The translations under genes were made by a program, and so were the position numbers. The notes under the pieces are model-generated. The model did not search any database. It saw only the letters and a list, made by a program, of their open reading frames with translations, and had not been told where the DNA came from. From assembly GCA_951406725.2 (NCBI GenBank), contig OX597816.1, positions 21,638,001-21,702,000 on the forward strand: a DNA stretch of 64,000 nt. The letters run 5' to 3'. Each line of letters begins with the position of its first letter. The first letter of the stretch is position 1. This document shows positions 52,399 through 64,000 of this stretch, one piece after another. This DNA comes from Octopus vulgaris. Its lineage: Eukaryota.

Positions 52399-52554
52399 AC
52401 ACTATATAAAAAAACTGTACAAATATGATAAAAAGTGGTGAATATATTTCCCAGATATTTTACGTGTGTGTGTTGTGCGTGTGTGTGTGTAAGAGAGAGA
52501 AAGATAGAGATAGAGATTGTGTACACTATAAAGTAAACACACACACATACACAT

Positions 52555-52600
<46 letters not shown>

Positions 52601-52966
52601 GTAAAATAGTGATGTATAAGACGCAGATGTTCGATATAACTGTCCCTCCGGTCTATACTTTCCAGCCCTCTACAGCTTTCTGGACAAAGTGTACTTTCCA
52701 CTTCCGCTAGATAAAGCAAAAATACAGCTACTTTAGACTGCCATTTTAAGCTTCTTTTGTCTGAATACAATAGCAAAGAAAACACTTTATGTGTAGCAGC
52801 CTTTAAGTACAGTACCATTACGTGTTTGCTATTGTTATATATGACCCAGCAAGTACAAGGAAGAAAGAAACTGCACAAAGAGTGGCGAAAGAAAATTGTT
52901 CTTAATCTATACTGAAAAAAATTGCTAAAAGGATGGGCATTATGTCAAAAAGGGGAACGAAATTGA

Positions 52967-53518
52967 TTGGGTTGTCCGGAAAGTTCATGCCGATTTTTAA
53001 AGTAAAGAAAAAGGTCATTACATTTTTAATCAACCAAATATGAACCATTTTGTTGCACAATGCGTCTCCATCTTTCCTTTAACTTGAAAATACCCTTTTC
53101 CTAGAATTGAGGTGGTTTCCTGGCAAAGAAATCATCAAGGTATCTTTTTACGTCATTCAAGGATTTGAAATTTTTGCCCTTATGTCTATTCTACAGAGAC
53201 CTGAATAAGTGGAAATCCGAAGGAGCAATATCTGGTGAATATGGAGGGTGGGGTAACACATCCAAGCCAAGCTGCAGCAATTTTTGTCTGGTTCTCAAAG
53301 CATCAAGTGCCAAAAATTAACTTTCTTATCTTACATTTTAAAGGGTTACAGAATTAACACAGGTCATAGGAACACAAATCTTCTTCCACGAAAAGATAGC
53401 TTAAACTGTGCTCTAAATGAAGGTGTAGACAAATCCTATTTTATGGATTCAACCATTTTCTAATATAAGTCGAAAGATAAGCTACTATAAATTGGCACGA
53501 ACCTTTCGGACAACCCAA
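52967..53518 (-). mobile_element. Internally deleted mariner element with both TIRs
   Basis: TIRs TTGGGTTGTCCGGAAAGTTCATGCC and GGCACGAACCTTTCGGACAACCCAA plus TA. Minus strand 53028-53300 reads LGLDVLPHPPYSPDIAPSDFHLFRSL...GIFKLKERWRRIVQQNGSY. Confidence 0.92.
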
Positions 53519-53609
53519 TAGAAGACGCGAATGTCGAAAGTCGAATAACCAGTGTCATAAACCAATTAGAATGAATATTAAATGTATACACCAAAGAATA
53601 TTATTTAGC

Positions 53610-54510
53610 AGGGCTGGAGAGGCGTAACAGTGGAGCTGAACGTACAGGCAGAGACCGAGGTACTGGTGGACCTGGCGGAAAGCATCAGATTGGGAGACGT
53701 GATCATGAGAGTGTGGGTGGAGGGCAGGGCTCCACGTTGTTACAAGTGTAGCCTGAGGGGTCACATAAGAGCCTTCTGCCCTCCCCCAGGGAAAGAAATG
53801 GATTCCGAAACACAGAGAGAGAAGCAGAAACCAGAGGAGAAGGAGACAGTAGAAGAGGAAGAGAATACACAGAAATGGAAGGAAGCTGGAAATAAGAGGA
53901 AGAGAAGAATGCGTGGAAAAGAAAATAATATGGAACACCAATCTACCCCAAAACCACCCACACCCTCTGAGTCCCACCCTATCCATGCAGACAGTGAACC
54001 CCCAGCTCCCCCCCAACAAGAAAACAAAAGAAAAAAAATAATGCACACAGACAAGAGATTGAATTCGATATCAGGCCGTACATTTGTACTATGACTGAAC
54101 AGAAAGAAGTTAAAAGTCTAATGGAAGAGTATAAATGGTATGAAGTTGGTGAGACTAGGTATGCTGTGATTGAAAAGAAGAACATAGGTGAGTTTATGGT
54201 GAGGTGTGAAAGGGAGAATTGGGAGGTGAAAGATATAAGAATGAGCGATGAATTCGTGGAAAATATGGATGAGTATTTCGGAGTAAGAATGGATATGGAA
54301 TTTATTCGTATTGGCAAAGAACATTCAAGGGACGATGAAAAACAAAGGACAGGTAAGTGATGCTGACGGATGGGGCCGTTGGTATCGCTTTCATTTTATC
54401 ATTTTTTCGTTTAACAATTCATTTTTCATAAATTTTAATTATAAATGTTCTATGTCCCCATGTCTTTTGGTGTCCACTTCTGTGTCGCCCCTAGTGGGTA
54501 ATAAAGAAAT
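53610..54510 (+). mobile_element. 5'-truncated ORF1-only non-LTR retroelement, 20-bp TSD
   Basis: TSD ACCAAAGAATATTATTTAGC at 53590-53609 and 54511-54530. A gag-like ORF runs into a ~150-nt 3' UTR ending AATAAAGAAAT. Confidence 0.88.
53630..54360 (+). pseudogene. Gag-like ORF1 fragment with a CCHC zinc knuckle, probably one frameshift
   Basis: RVWVEGRAPRCYKCSLRGHIRAFCP fits CX2CX4HX4C. ORFs 53630-54094 and 54091-54360 can be joined by a frameshift in the A-run near 54031-54038. Confidence 0.75.
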
Positions 54511-55029
54511 ACCAAAGAATATTATTTAGCCTCAGCGGTAATAAATTCAGGACAAGTCGCAAACACAAGACATACACCATTTATGTACTGATGTGCGTCC
54601 TCTTGGTACATTATCCCGTGAAAAGCATTTAACATAGAAAGAGTACAAGTTGCCTCTAGTTGCTTCAAAACTGTGGTGTCAGTCACCGAGTTTGCATAGA
54701 TCACAACGTATGGCAGCGTATGAAAATTAACCCCTCAAACCGCCGGACGTAAGATGAAAAAGGTATGCAGATATATAGATATATACATTATTTGTAATCT
54801 ATATTATAAGATAAGCCAAGTTTCTCTCGACATCCGACTGTACTTTTGCTCCTCACACGCTATCTTCAGATCAAGATGAATTTCAATTTTACATATATCG
54901 ATAAAATAGGAAAAGAATTAAATTATACAATTATCCCTGCCAGTTGTGGTTAGACTTTATGATTTGAAATATACATCATCGCCTTTAAATAAAAATAAAA
55001 GGTTTTAAACAGTTTTTATCTGATATCTT

Positions 55030-55435
55030 GCATTTGATTTACTCATTGGGCTGCGGTCGTGCTGGAGCACTAAATTCAAGAATATTTGTTGAACAGATCA
55101 TATCAATACTTATTTTTTTAAAGTCTGGTTCGTATTCTATTGGTCTCTTTTACATAACCGCTCAACTGCTTAATAAATAATACAACACTAGTTGTCATGT
55201 CGGGGTGATAGGTGTGGTGGCGGTGATGCGTTAAACACAGTCACAAACACACAAACACACACATACACACATATGCACACATACATACAACATGTTTTCT
55301 ATGAAATACAACCACAGGGTATTATTGGCCTAGGGCTATAGTGAAAGACGCTTGCCTAAGATGCCGTGCAGAAGGACTAAGCCAAAAACACGTGATTAAA
55401 AAACCAGCTACTTATGCAGACAGCCATGTCTGCGA
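55030..55435 (-). mobile_element. Old SINE family A
   Basis: Degenerate reverse complement of the A structure. Confidence 0.7.
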
Positions 55436-56283
55436 TTCTATTGTATATGATTGTTTCGTTGCAAGTACAATTTTAGTTCCAACATGAATATGTGTTACAA
55501 AACAAAGCAACAAAGCAAACACAGAAGTGTCGACGTAAGGAGACACTGGAGCTGCTCGAAATAGAAGCCAACTATCATTGAAATCAGCCGGAAGATACTT
55601 CTTAATGAAGCCATTAATTTTCCTGTCTTTTTCTCCCTCTGTGTTTGCACAATAATACTCAGACGCGCAGACAGACACACACATACACACGAACACATAC
55701 ACACATACACATGCACACAGTTCAAGCGAAAAGCGTCTAAGAGAAAACAACTAAGATCCTATAGAATAAAATTTGTATAACAAAGCCGAGCCAAGTTATT
55801 TCTGTCAGCAATTTTTTTCTTATAATTATGCAAGTCACATTAGACGACGTTTTCAGCCATTTTTTTCGTACAAGGGTTAAACTTGTGTCTTTGATTCGCA
55901 GACGACAAGACAAAGCTACGACGATGACATATACTGACTCTAAGACACGTATTCCTAGGTGTCCTTTGACTTATGAAGTAAAGTCTATCAGTTCTGATTT
56001 CTTAGATATTTGATTTGCTGTGAGATTTTTCTTTTTTTCTTTCCTGTACATTAGTGAAATTTTACCCCATTCTTATTCAGACGCACGACCAAATGGATGG
56101 GATATTTTTCATTAATTTCTCTGTCCACGAAGAAATTATTGCAGTAACTTAGGAATATTTTGTGGACAGCATTTACAATTTTCCGACGCAAAATTATTTA
56201 CAAAATTCATACAATCCAGTTACATACTTTTGCATTCCCGTGCTCTCCATCAGAAATAAACGAACATGGTATAATGGTATTCA

Positions 56284-56519
56284 CAGTTGGCCAAAAGTCA
56301 CCCGACAGTAAATCAAAATTCTATAAATACTTAATATTCAATTTTATTTATTCATTCCAATTAGGAATGTTTAATAATTCAAAGCTATGAGCTAAAAATC
56401 AACGTTTATTTTTTCAACATTTGTCTATTTATTAGCGAAGTTTCATATAAAACATTTTTTTGTTTTAATCTTGGAATTTAATGGGTTTTGTTCTAGTATC
56501 TGGTGACTTTTGGCCAACT
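56284..56519. mobile_element. Tc1-type MITE
   Basis: TIRs CAGTTGGCCAAAAGTCACC and GGTGACTTTTGGCCAACT. The right end abuts a SINE A tail. Confidence 0.75.
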
Positions 56520-56705
56520 CTTTTACTTGTTTCAGTCATTTGACTGTAGCCATGCTGGAGCACCGCCTTTAGTCGAGAAAATGGACACCAGGACATATTC
56601 TTTGTAAGCCTAGTATTCTATAAGTCTCTTTTGCCGAACCGCTAAGTTACGGGGACGTAAACACACAACCATCGGTTGTCAAGCACACATACATATATAA
56701 TATAT

Positions 56706-56776
<71 letters not shown>

Positions 56777-56944
56777 CATATATATAACGGGCGTCTTTCA
56801 GATTCCGTCTACCAAATCCACTCACAAGGCTTTAGTTGGGCCCGAGGTTATAGTAGAAGACACTTGCACAAGATGCCACGCAATGGGAATGAACTCAGAA
56901 CCATGTGGTTGGTAACCAAGCTACTTACCACGCAGCCACTCCTA
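56519..56944 (-). mobile_element. SINE family A
   Basis: Reverse complement of the full A structure. Confidence 0.88.
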
Positions 56945-57640
56945 CTTGGTGAACAGGAGCAACATAAAATAAAGAGTTTTGTCCAAAAAACGTGACGCAC
57001 AGCCCGGTCCAGGTATCGTTCTCACTACCTCGCGATTGTAAACCCGACGCTGTAACGAATGAGCCAAGTGCTTTCACATACATACATGCCATACATACAT
57101 ACATACACGTATCTACGTATGTATGTATGCATGTATGTATATATGTATGAATGTATGTATGTATGTAAGTATGTATATTATAAACTTGTATGAATGTATG
57201 AATGTATGTATGTATGTATGTATGTATGTATTATAATGATATGAATGGATATATTACAGTCACATACATTCTTATTTTCTGTGCGTCAATATATCGACAG
57301 ACCGATGCACAAAAATATCTGTGCGAATATAAAAGTGTATATGCACACGTAACACTTTTCATCTATAACACACAAGTAAAAACCTATTCTTATGGAGCCG
57401 GATGCATTAACATAGCTATACATATGTATACTAAGTTGTCATTTCAAATCTGTTTACAAATTAAACGTGTCAAGTTTGTTTCCACCTATTTCTGACAGTA
57501 ATTTGGATAAATTTAGAATAATCTGCGCTTCGTGCGTTTTTCTGACGCTATACATTATTTTTTTCTTGACTAATACGTGTATTCATATGTTTCCCTTTGT
57601 AAAAATTTCTCCTACTCTAACTTAATCACAGTTTTGACTT

Positions 57641-57950
<310 letters not shown>

Positions 57951-58025
57951 ATCTCTCTCTCTCTAAATATATGTATAAATATTATACATATATTTGTGTG
58001 TGTATATATATATATATATATATCA

Positions 58026-58056
<31 letters not shown>

Positions 58057-58393
58057 TGTATATATATATATACATATATATCAATATATCAGTCTGTCTA
58101 TTTATCGATCTGCATACAAACACACATACAACACACTACACACCAAAGCAACATATACGTGTGCGTGATTATGTGTATATATATTTATATTATATATATA
58201 TATATAAACAAGGGAAAAGGCATGCTTTACCCACGAGTACATATATGACAAAAACAAAGGTTGAAATGACCCCGAGGTCTTCAAAATGATTTACGTATAT
58301 TGATTGTTTCCACCACATTATAAATTTTCAGAATTGCATGATGTTAAAGGATTCTGGAGATATATCTTGTAGATAACAAAGTCATACACATGC

Positions 58394-58470
<77 letters not shown>

Positions 58471-58471
<1 letters not shown>

Positions 58472-58804
58472 GTCCTCTGCCCAATTCAAGATCACAGCAT
58501 ACATGTACACTGCAACATAATTTCTTTTCATCAACAGGCCCTGCCCTATTTAACATTGTCCCGAGGGAGATCAAAGAGGAAAAGGATCCCATCAACTTTA
58601 AACGGAGTCTGGATAGATTCCTTCAAAGAATACCAGATAAGCCACCCATAATTAGATACAACTCACCCAAAAAGAACTCACTACTTGAATGGACCATAAA
58701 CAAAACTTGACTTATATAGGATTCGAATAATCCTATCACGTGGTGCTATTAAGTTAGACATGGTCTGGACCAATGTTTGGTCGAAACATATCTAAGTTTA
58801 TCTA

Positions 58805-58809
<5 letters not shown>
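58471..58809 (+). mobile_element. 3' end of a CR1-group LINE between (TA)n tracts
   Basis: Open frame STGPALFNIVPREIKEEKDPINFKRSLDRFLQRIPDKPP...NSLLEW, then a 3' UTR and an (ATCTAAGTTT)2 tail. Confidence 0.75.
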
Positions 58810-58858
<49 letters not shown>

Positions 58859-58889
58859 ATATATACACATATATACATATATATATATG

Positions 58890-58940
<51 letters not shown>

Positions 58941-58987
58941 CACATATATACATATATATATATGTAAATATATATATATATATGTAC

Positions 58988-59022
<35 letters not shown>

Positions 59023-59100
59023 GACATACGTACATATATACTTACATACATACATACATACATATATATATACATATATATATATATATACATATATATA

Positions 59101-59267
59101 TGTAAGGTAAATAAAATCAAAGTAAGCAACATAATCTCAAGTAGTAATGCGCAGTACGACCGTTGCAAGAAGTTCCATTTCACTGAATTTAATGGAGTCG
59201 CTTGAAACGTCCGTACTGCATTACAACTTGAAATCCTCTTACTTATTTTGATCTTATTCAACTTACA
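59101..59267. mobile_element. Old ~167-bp foldback within TA/TACA repeats
   Basis: About 59101-59179 pairs imperfectly with about 59190-59267. Confidence 0.65.
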
Positions 59268-59521
59268 TACATACATACATACGTATATATATATATATAT
59301 AAAATATAAATATATATATATATATATATTTATGAATGCATGTATGTATATATATATATAAATATATATATCTGCTGAACCTGTTTCCTCTAATAGCCAT
59401 TCTTTATCACCCGCGAAAATGATACCCGTAAAGACATCGGTGTCTTAGTTTGAATCATCTGAGTACTACAAAGTGCCATCTATACTGAGAATCTCAGGAT
59501 CTCATTTGTTCACTATATATA

Positions 59522-59621
<100 letters not shown>

Positions 59622-59984
59622 TGCATATATTAAACATATATATATATGAAGTGTAATTATTTCCCTATTTAAGTTGCACTTCATACGAAGCTCCGATGAA
59701 GCTACAAAATTTTTTCTCCGGCACACAATTATAATAACGTGGTGTAGAACTCAATATAGTCATGCTTCAGAACGATGAGCATTAGGCGAGTATAGAGCGA
59801 TAATAAGAAAATGATACCGAAAACGGAATAAACGACTGTCGCTTGAACTCGATTAACTTACAGCTTTCTTCTGCTATAAGATGCAGTGGACTCATAGCTG
59901 AATGCCTATACATACGTAAGTTTACACAAACATACACACGCACACATATTTATATATATGTATGTATGTATGGTATGTATGTGT

Positions 59985-60260
59985 GGAGGCACATGCCCTA
60001 GCGGTCGAGGGATCGCAGGTTTGAGTCTCAGACCGGGTGACGTGTGTGTTTATGAGCGAAACACCTAAGCTTCACGCGGCTCCGGCAGAAGGTAATGGTG
60101 AACTTCTGCTGACTCTTTCGCCACAACTTTCTCTCTCTCTTTCCTCCTGCATCTCCAGCAGCTTACCTGCGACGGACAGCGTCCCATCCAGGTGGGGAGC
60201 CTATACGCCAAGGAAACCGAGAAATCGACCCCATGGACCAGGCATGGCTCGAGAAGGCAC
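59985..60260 (+). mobile_element. SINE with head C and tail Y
   Basis: GGAGGCACATGCCCTAG..AAGCTTCACGCGGCTCCGGCAG..CTGCGACGGACAGCGTCCCATCCAGG..GGAAACCGAGAAA. Confidence 0.8.
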
Positions 60261-60714
60261 AAACATGTATGTATGTATGAATGTATACGTACGTACAAAA
60301 GCGTATTATCACCAATGGGAATCGAAGCTTATAACTGATCTATAATGTGCGTATAGGACACATTTCTTCAATAAAAGAAACACACAACTTTTCCGTGTTT
60401 CCTCCATTCAACCAACACAACAACTCCTCACTATAACAGTTCCATCCCTCTGGCTTTTTTAGCATTATTTTCTTTTTCTTCTCTTTTCATTTTTCGCTGT
60501 GCTTCAACATGCTTATTGATATACCTTTGGCTATAATTACCCTCTTTCTTTACTTGATACATTTGGGAAAACGGTAAAAAGACACAGCAAAAAAAAGTGA
60601 CGTTGAAAAAACGACACATTAGATTGTTGCATGCGTAGAAATAAATTTGAATATAAATATGTGATTGTGCACAAAAAAGCCGAGATATATAGATTTTTTT
60701 TTCTTTTCAAAGTC

Positions 60715-60894
<180 letters not shown>

Positions 60895-60984
60895 GTATAT
60901 ACTGGTACATTATGAGTCCCTTCACAAATGCATTCAGACCCAATATTGCAATGCTAAATAGAAGGGGGAAAAAAAAGAAAGGCT

Positions 60985-61141
60985 ATGTGTGTATATGAGC
61001 GTGTTTGTTTGTGTGTTTGTGTGTGTGTGTATGTGTGTGTGCGTGCGTGTGTGTGTGTGTGTGAACGTGCGTGTGAGTGTGTGTGTGTGAACGTGCGTGC
61101 CTGAGTGTGACGAAAGAAATAGAGTAATAGATTGATAGGCT

Positions 61142-61204
<63 letters not shown>

Positions 61205-61220
61205 TACTAGATGGATAGAT
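60985..61220. repeat. (TG)n and (TAGA)n microsatellites
   Basis: Direct reading. Confidence 0.9.
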
Positions 61221-62352
61221 GAAAATACACGTGTATCGAGTGTAATACTAAAAAAATTTAAGCTGAATAAGTTCATGCAAGAACGTTTTTGGAATTCGGA
61301 TTTTCATTCATAAAATATATAAATATACGTGCCTTTGATTCTTTCAGCAATTGTACGAGGCTGTACATTAAAGACATAAATTGCCACATATTATACAAAC
61401 ACTACGTATAAGAGACGTACGTTAGTAGACCAATCTGTACTACAATACAAAACAAATTCAAAATCGCTCATATACTACAGGTACGAATAAACGTATCGGA
61501 ATTACACATAGTATGATATAGTGTGTACCTCATTAAAAATGTAATAAACAATACGCAGACAATATATATTTCACCTAGCCACAAGCTCGGTAAGTATATA
61601 TTGCTAAAGCACCAGGATCAAAAACTTCCTCATCAATACAGAAGCATAAACCTGCAAGGCAATGAACATACTTCAGTCAACCGCTTTATATAGAAATTTC
61701 AGTGTAAACATGAAAGGTATAAACTTCATAATTGAAACTGTTATATCGGACAAAAGTATAAGATTTTCTCGTCGGTTGATCATGCATTTCTAACAAGAAC
61801 CTAATACTGCGCAGCTCTGTAAAAGAGAACGCGAAACAAAATTCGATAGTAGCAATGATTCGTTGAAAATATAATCAATCTATAGAGAATTCGATAACAA
61901 AAACAAAAAATCTAGATTTACCATGGAAAGTTTACTAGTAGTAAAATATAAACCAAAATCAATGAATACAGACAGAGACTAAGCAATAAATTATGAACGT
62001 AATGTAGAGATAACAGCTAAACAAATTTTTAAATCAGACGATGTTGATTTTTATCAGTTCCAACATAAAACCCATGGTGCGTGCTGTCTGCTTCAAAAAA
62101 TACGGCTATAATTGTGAAAACCCCGCCACACCATTCAGAAGATGAGAGCAAGAAATTTTCGTAAACGTTAATGGCTCAAGTACTGTAATTAATTCAGACG
62201 ATGTGTAAAATTCTAATAGGTTAATATGAAGAAACTTAAAAGGAAAAGACAGAAGTGTAACATCTGATAGAATCGTTGTTTAATATGGTAAATTTTGAAG
62301 CAGAAAATGACCACCAAACGCTGTTCCCAAAAGAGATAAATGCTTGATTATA

Positions 62353-63257
62353 CAGGGTGGACCAAAATGATCTGACACATTTGGAGGCTTAATAAAAGCA
62401 CAAAATAAGAATTAATGAAAAGAAAAATTGTATAGGAGTGGCTGTCTGGTAAGTAGCTTGCTAACCAACCACATGGTTCCGGGTTCAGTCCCACTGCGTG
62501 GCATCTTGGGCAAGTGTCTTCTGCTATAGCCCCGGGCCGACCAATGCCTTGTGAGTGGATTTGGTAGACGGAAACTGAAAGAAGCCTGTCGTATATATCT
62601 ATCTATATATATGTGTGTGTGTTTGTGTGTCTATCTTTGTCCCCCTAACATTGCTCGACAACCGATGCTGGTGTGTTTACGTCCCCGTCACTTAGCGGTT
62701 CGGCAAAAGAGACCGATAGAATAAGTACTGGGCTTACAAAGAATAAGTCCCGGAGTCGATTTGCTCGACTAAAGGCGGTGCTCCAGCATGGCCGCAGTCA
62801 AATGACTGAAACAAGTAAAAGAGTAAAAGAGTAAAAGAGAGTAAATGCTTCCCATCATTGTCAACACACTGTTGGAGACGTTCATGAAAGTTATCGATAA
62901 ATCTATGCATCATTTCTCCTGGAATGTTTTCTATTTCTACACAATTTTTACGTTTTAATTCATCCATAGATCGAGGGTGATGACTGAATACTTTTGATTT
63001 CAAATATCCCCACAAGAAGAAATCCCATTTCACCATTCCAGAAGAAATGATCCATAGAGTTATCGATAACCTTCATGAATGTCTCCAACAATGTGTTGAC
63101 AATGATGGGAAGCATTTAGCTGATTTAATTTTTAAAACTTAATGGCATAAAATGGCATTATATGTACATTCAGAAAATAAAATTTTTCTTTTCATTATTT
63201 CTTATTTTGTGCTTTTATTAAGCCTCCTAAAGGGTCAGATCATTTTGGTCCGCCTTG
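62353..63257. mobile_element. Foldback Tc1/mariner derivative made of two inverted 3' ends, TA TSD
   Basis: TIR CAGGGTGGACCAAAATGATCTGAC and its imperfect complement at the right end. Transposase C-terminus DFFLWGYLKSKV...RLQQCVDNDGKHL is on minus (62842-63030) and partly repeated on plus (63035-63142). Confidence 0.88.
62435..62842 (+). mobile_element. SINE family A, young subfamily, inserted in the foldback element
   Basis: Full structure with a (GTAAAAGA)3 tail. Confidence 0.92.
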
Positions 63258-63309
63258 TATATGCCACGGTGTAAAGCTTGTACGCGTAATCGTGTTATAA
63301 ATACGAATG

Positions 63310-63675
63310 GAAGCACTCCGTCGGTAACGACGACGAGGATTCCGGTTGATCCGATCAACGGAACAGCCTGCTCGTGAAATTAACGTGTAAGTGGCTGAGC
63401 ACTCCACAGACACGTGTACCCTTAACGTAGTTCTCGGGGATATTCAGCGTGACGCAGAGAGTGACAAGGCCGGCCCTTTGAAATACAGGTACAACAGAAA
63501 CAGGAAGTAAGAGTGAGAGAAAGTTGTGGTGAAAGAGTACAGCAGGGATCACCACCATCCCTGCCGGAGCCTCGTGGAGCTTTAGGTGTTTTCGCTCAAT
63601 AAACACTCACAACGCCCGGTCTGGGAATCGAAACCGCGAGTCCGCTGCCCTAACCACTGGGCCATTGCGCCTCCA
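63310..63675 (-). mobile_element. SINE with head C and tail X, 12-bp TSD
   Basis: TSD TAAATACGAATG at 63298-63309 and 63677-63688. Confidence 0.92.
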
Positions 63676-63915
63676 CTAAATACGAATGCTGTATTTTACG
63701 ACATATAAGACGCACTGTTCTCCACTCTAAATGCTTCAAGAAATTCGCTCGCAGTCCTGCATTCAAAGTTGGACCTCACATAAACTATAATACATCGAAA
63801 ATCATTTTTCTTGTGTGTGCGCTTCTGAATTTGGGACACGTTTTGTATGCCCGTGCCTGTTTTATGCCATCAAAAACGATACATATTCACGAATAGTAAT
63901 ACTCATATACTTATA

Positions 63916-64000
63916 CTAGCAGTATCGCCCGGCGTTGCTCGGGTTTGTAAGGGAAATAACTATACAGCATTTTTAGAGAGTTATAGCCAAAAAAAGCAAA
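63916..64000 (-). mobile_element. Helitron 3' end (runs off the window)
   Basis: CTAGCAGTATCGCCCGGCGTTGCTCGGGTTTG, the same terminus as 43372. Confidence 0.7.

Noticed and set aside
52609-52716. Minus-strand exon candidate AEVESTLCPESCRG...
   Set aside because: The acceptor is plausible, but there is no good donor and no recognisable homology.

Overview
AT-rich eukaryotic intronic or intergenic DNA, saturated with microsatellites and short retroelements. The SINE families and repeat density suggest an octopus (coleoid cephalopod); this is an inference, not a database match. No intact host protein-coding gene can be supported, and nearly all ORFs in the track are translations of simple repeats or SINEs. 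The window holds about 40 tRNA-derived SINE copies in four families (called A-D here), decayed mariner and Tc1 transposons, MITEs, two Helitron ends, two CR1-like LINE 3' ends and local tandem duplications. Three signals stand out. (1) A tRNA-headed element (family E) carries a minimal hammerhead ribozyme and occurs as head-to-head palindromes, alongside several unrelated Penelope-type hammerhead motifs and foldbacks, many in or next to (TA)n tracts. (2) An ORF1-only (CCHC zinc knuckle, no reverse transcriptase) non-LTR element has 18-20 bp target-site duplications (TSDs) and shares its 3' tail with SINE family B. (3) SINE heads and tails are shuffled combinatorially. All alignments and folds were done by eye, so boundaries are approximate.
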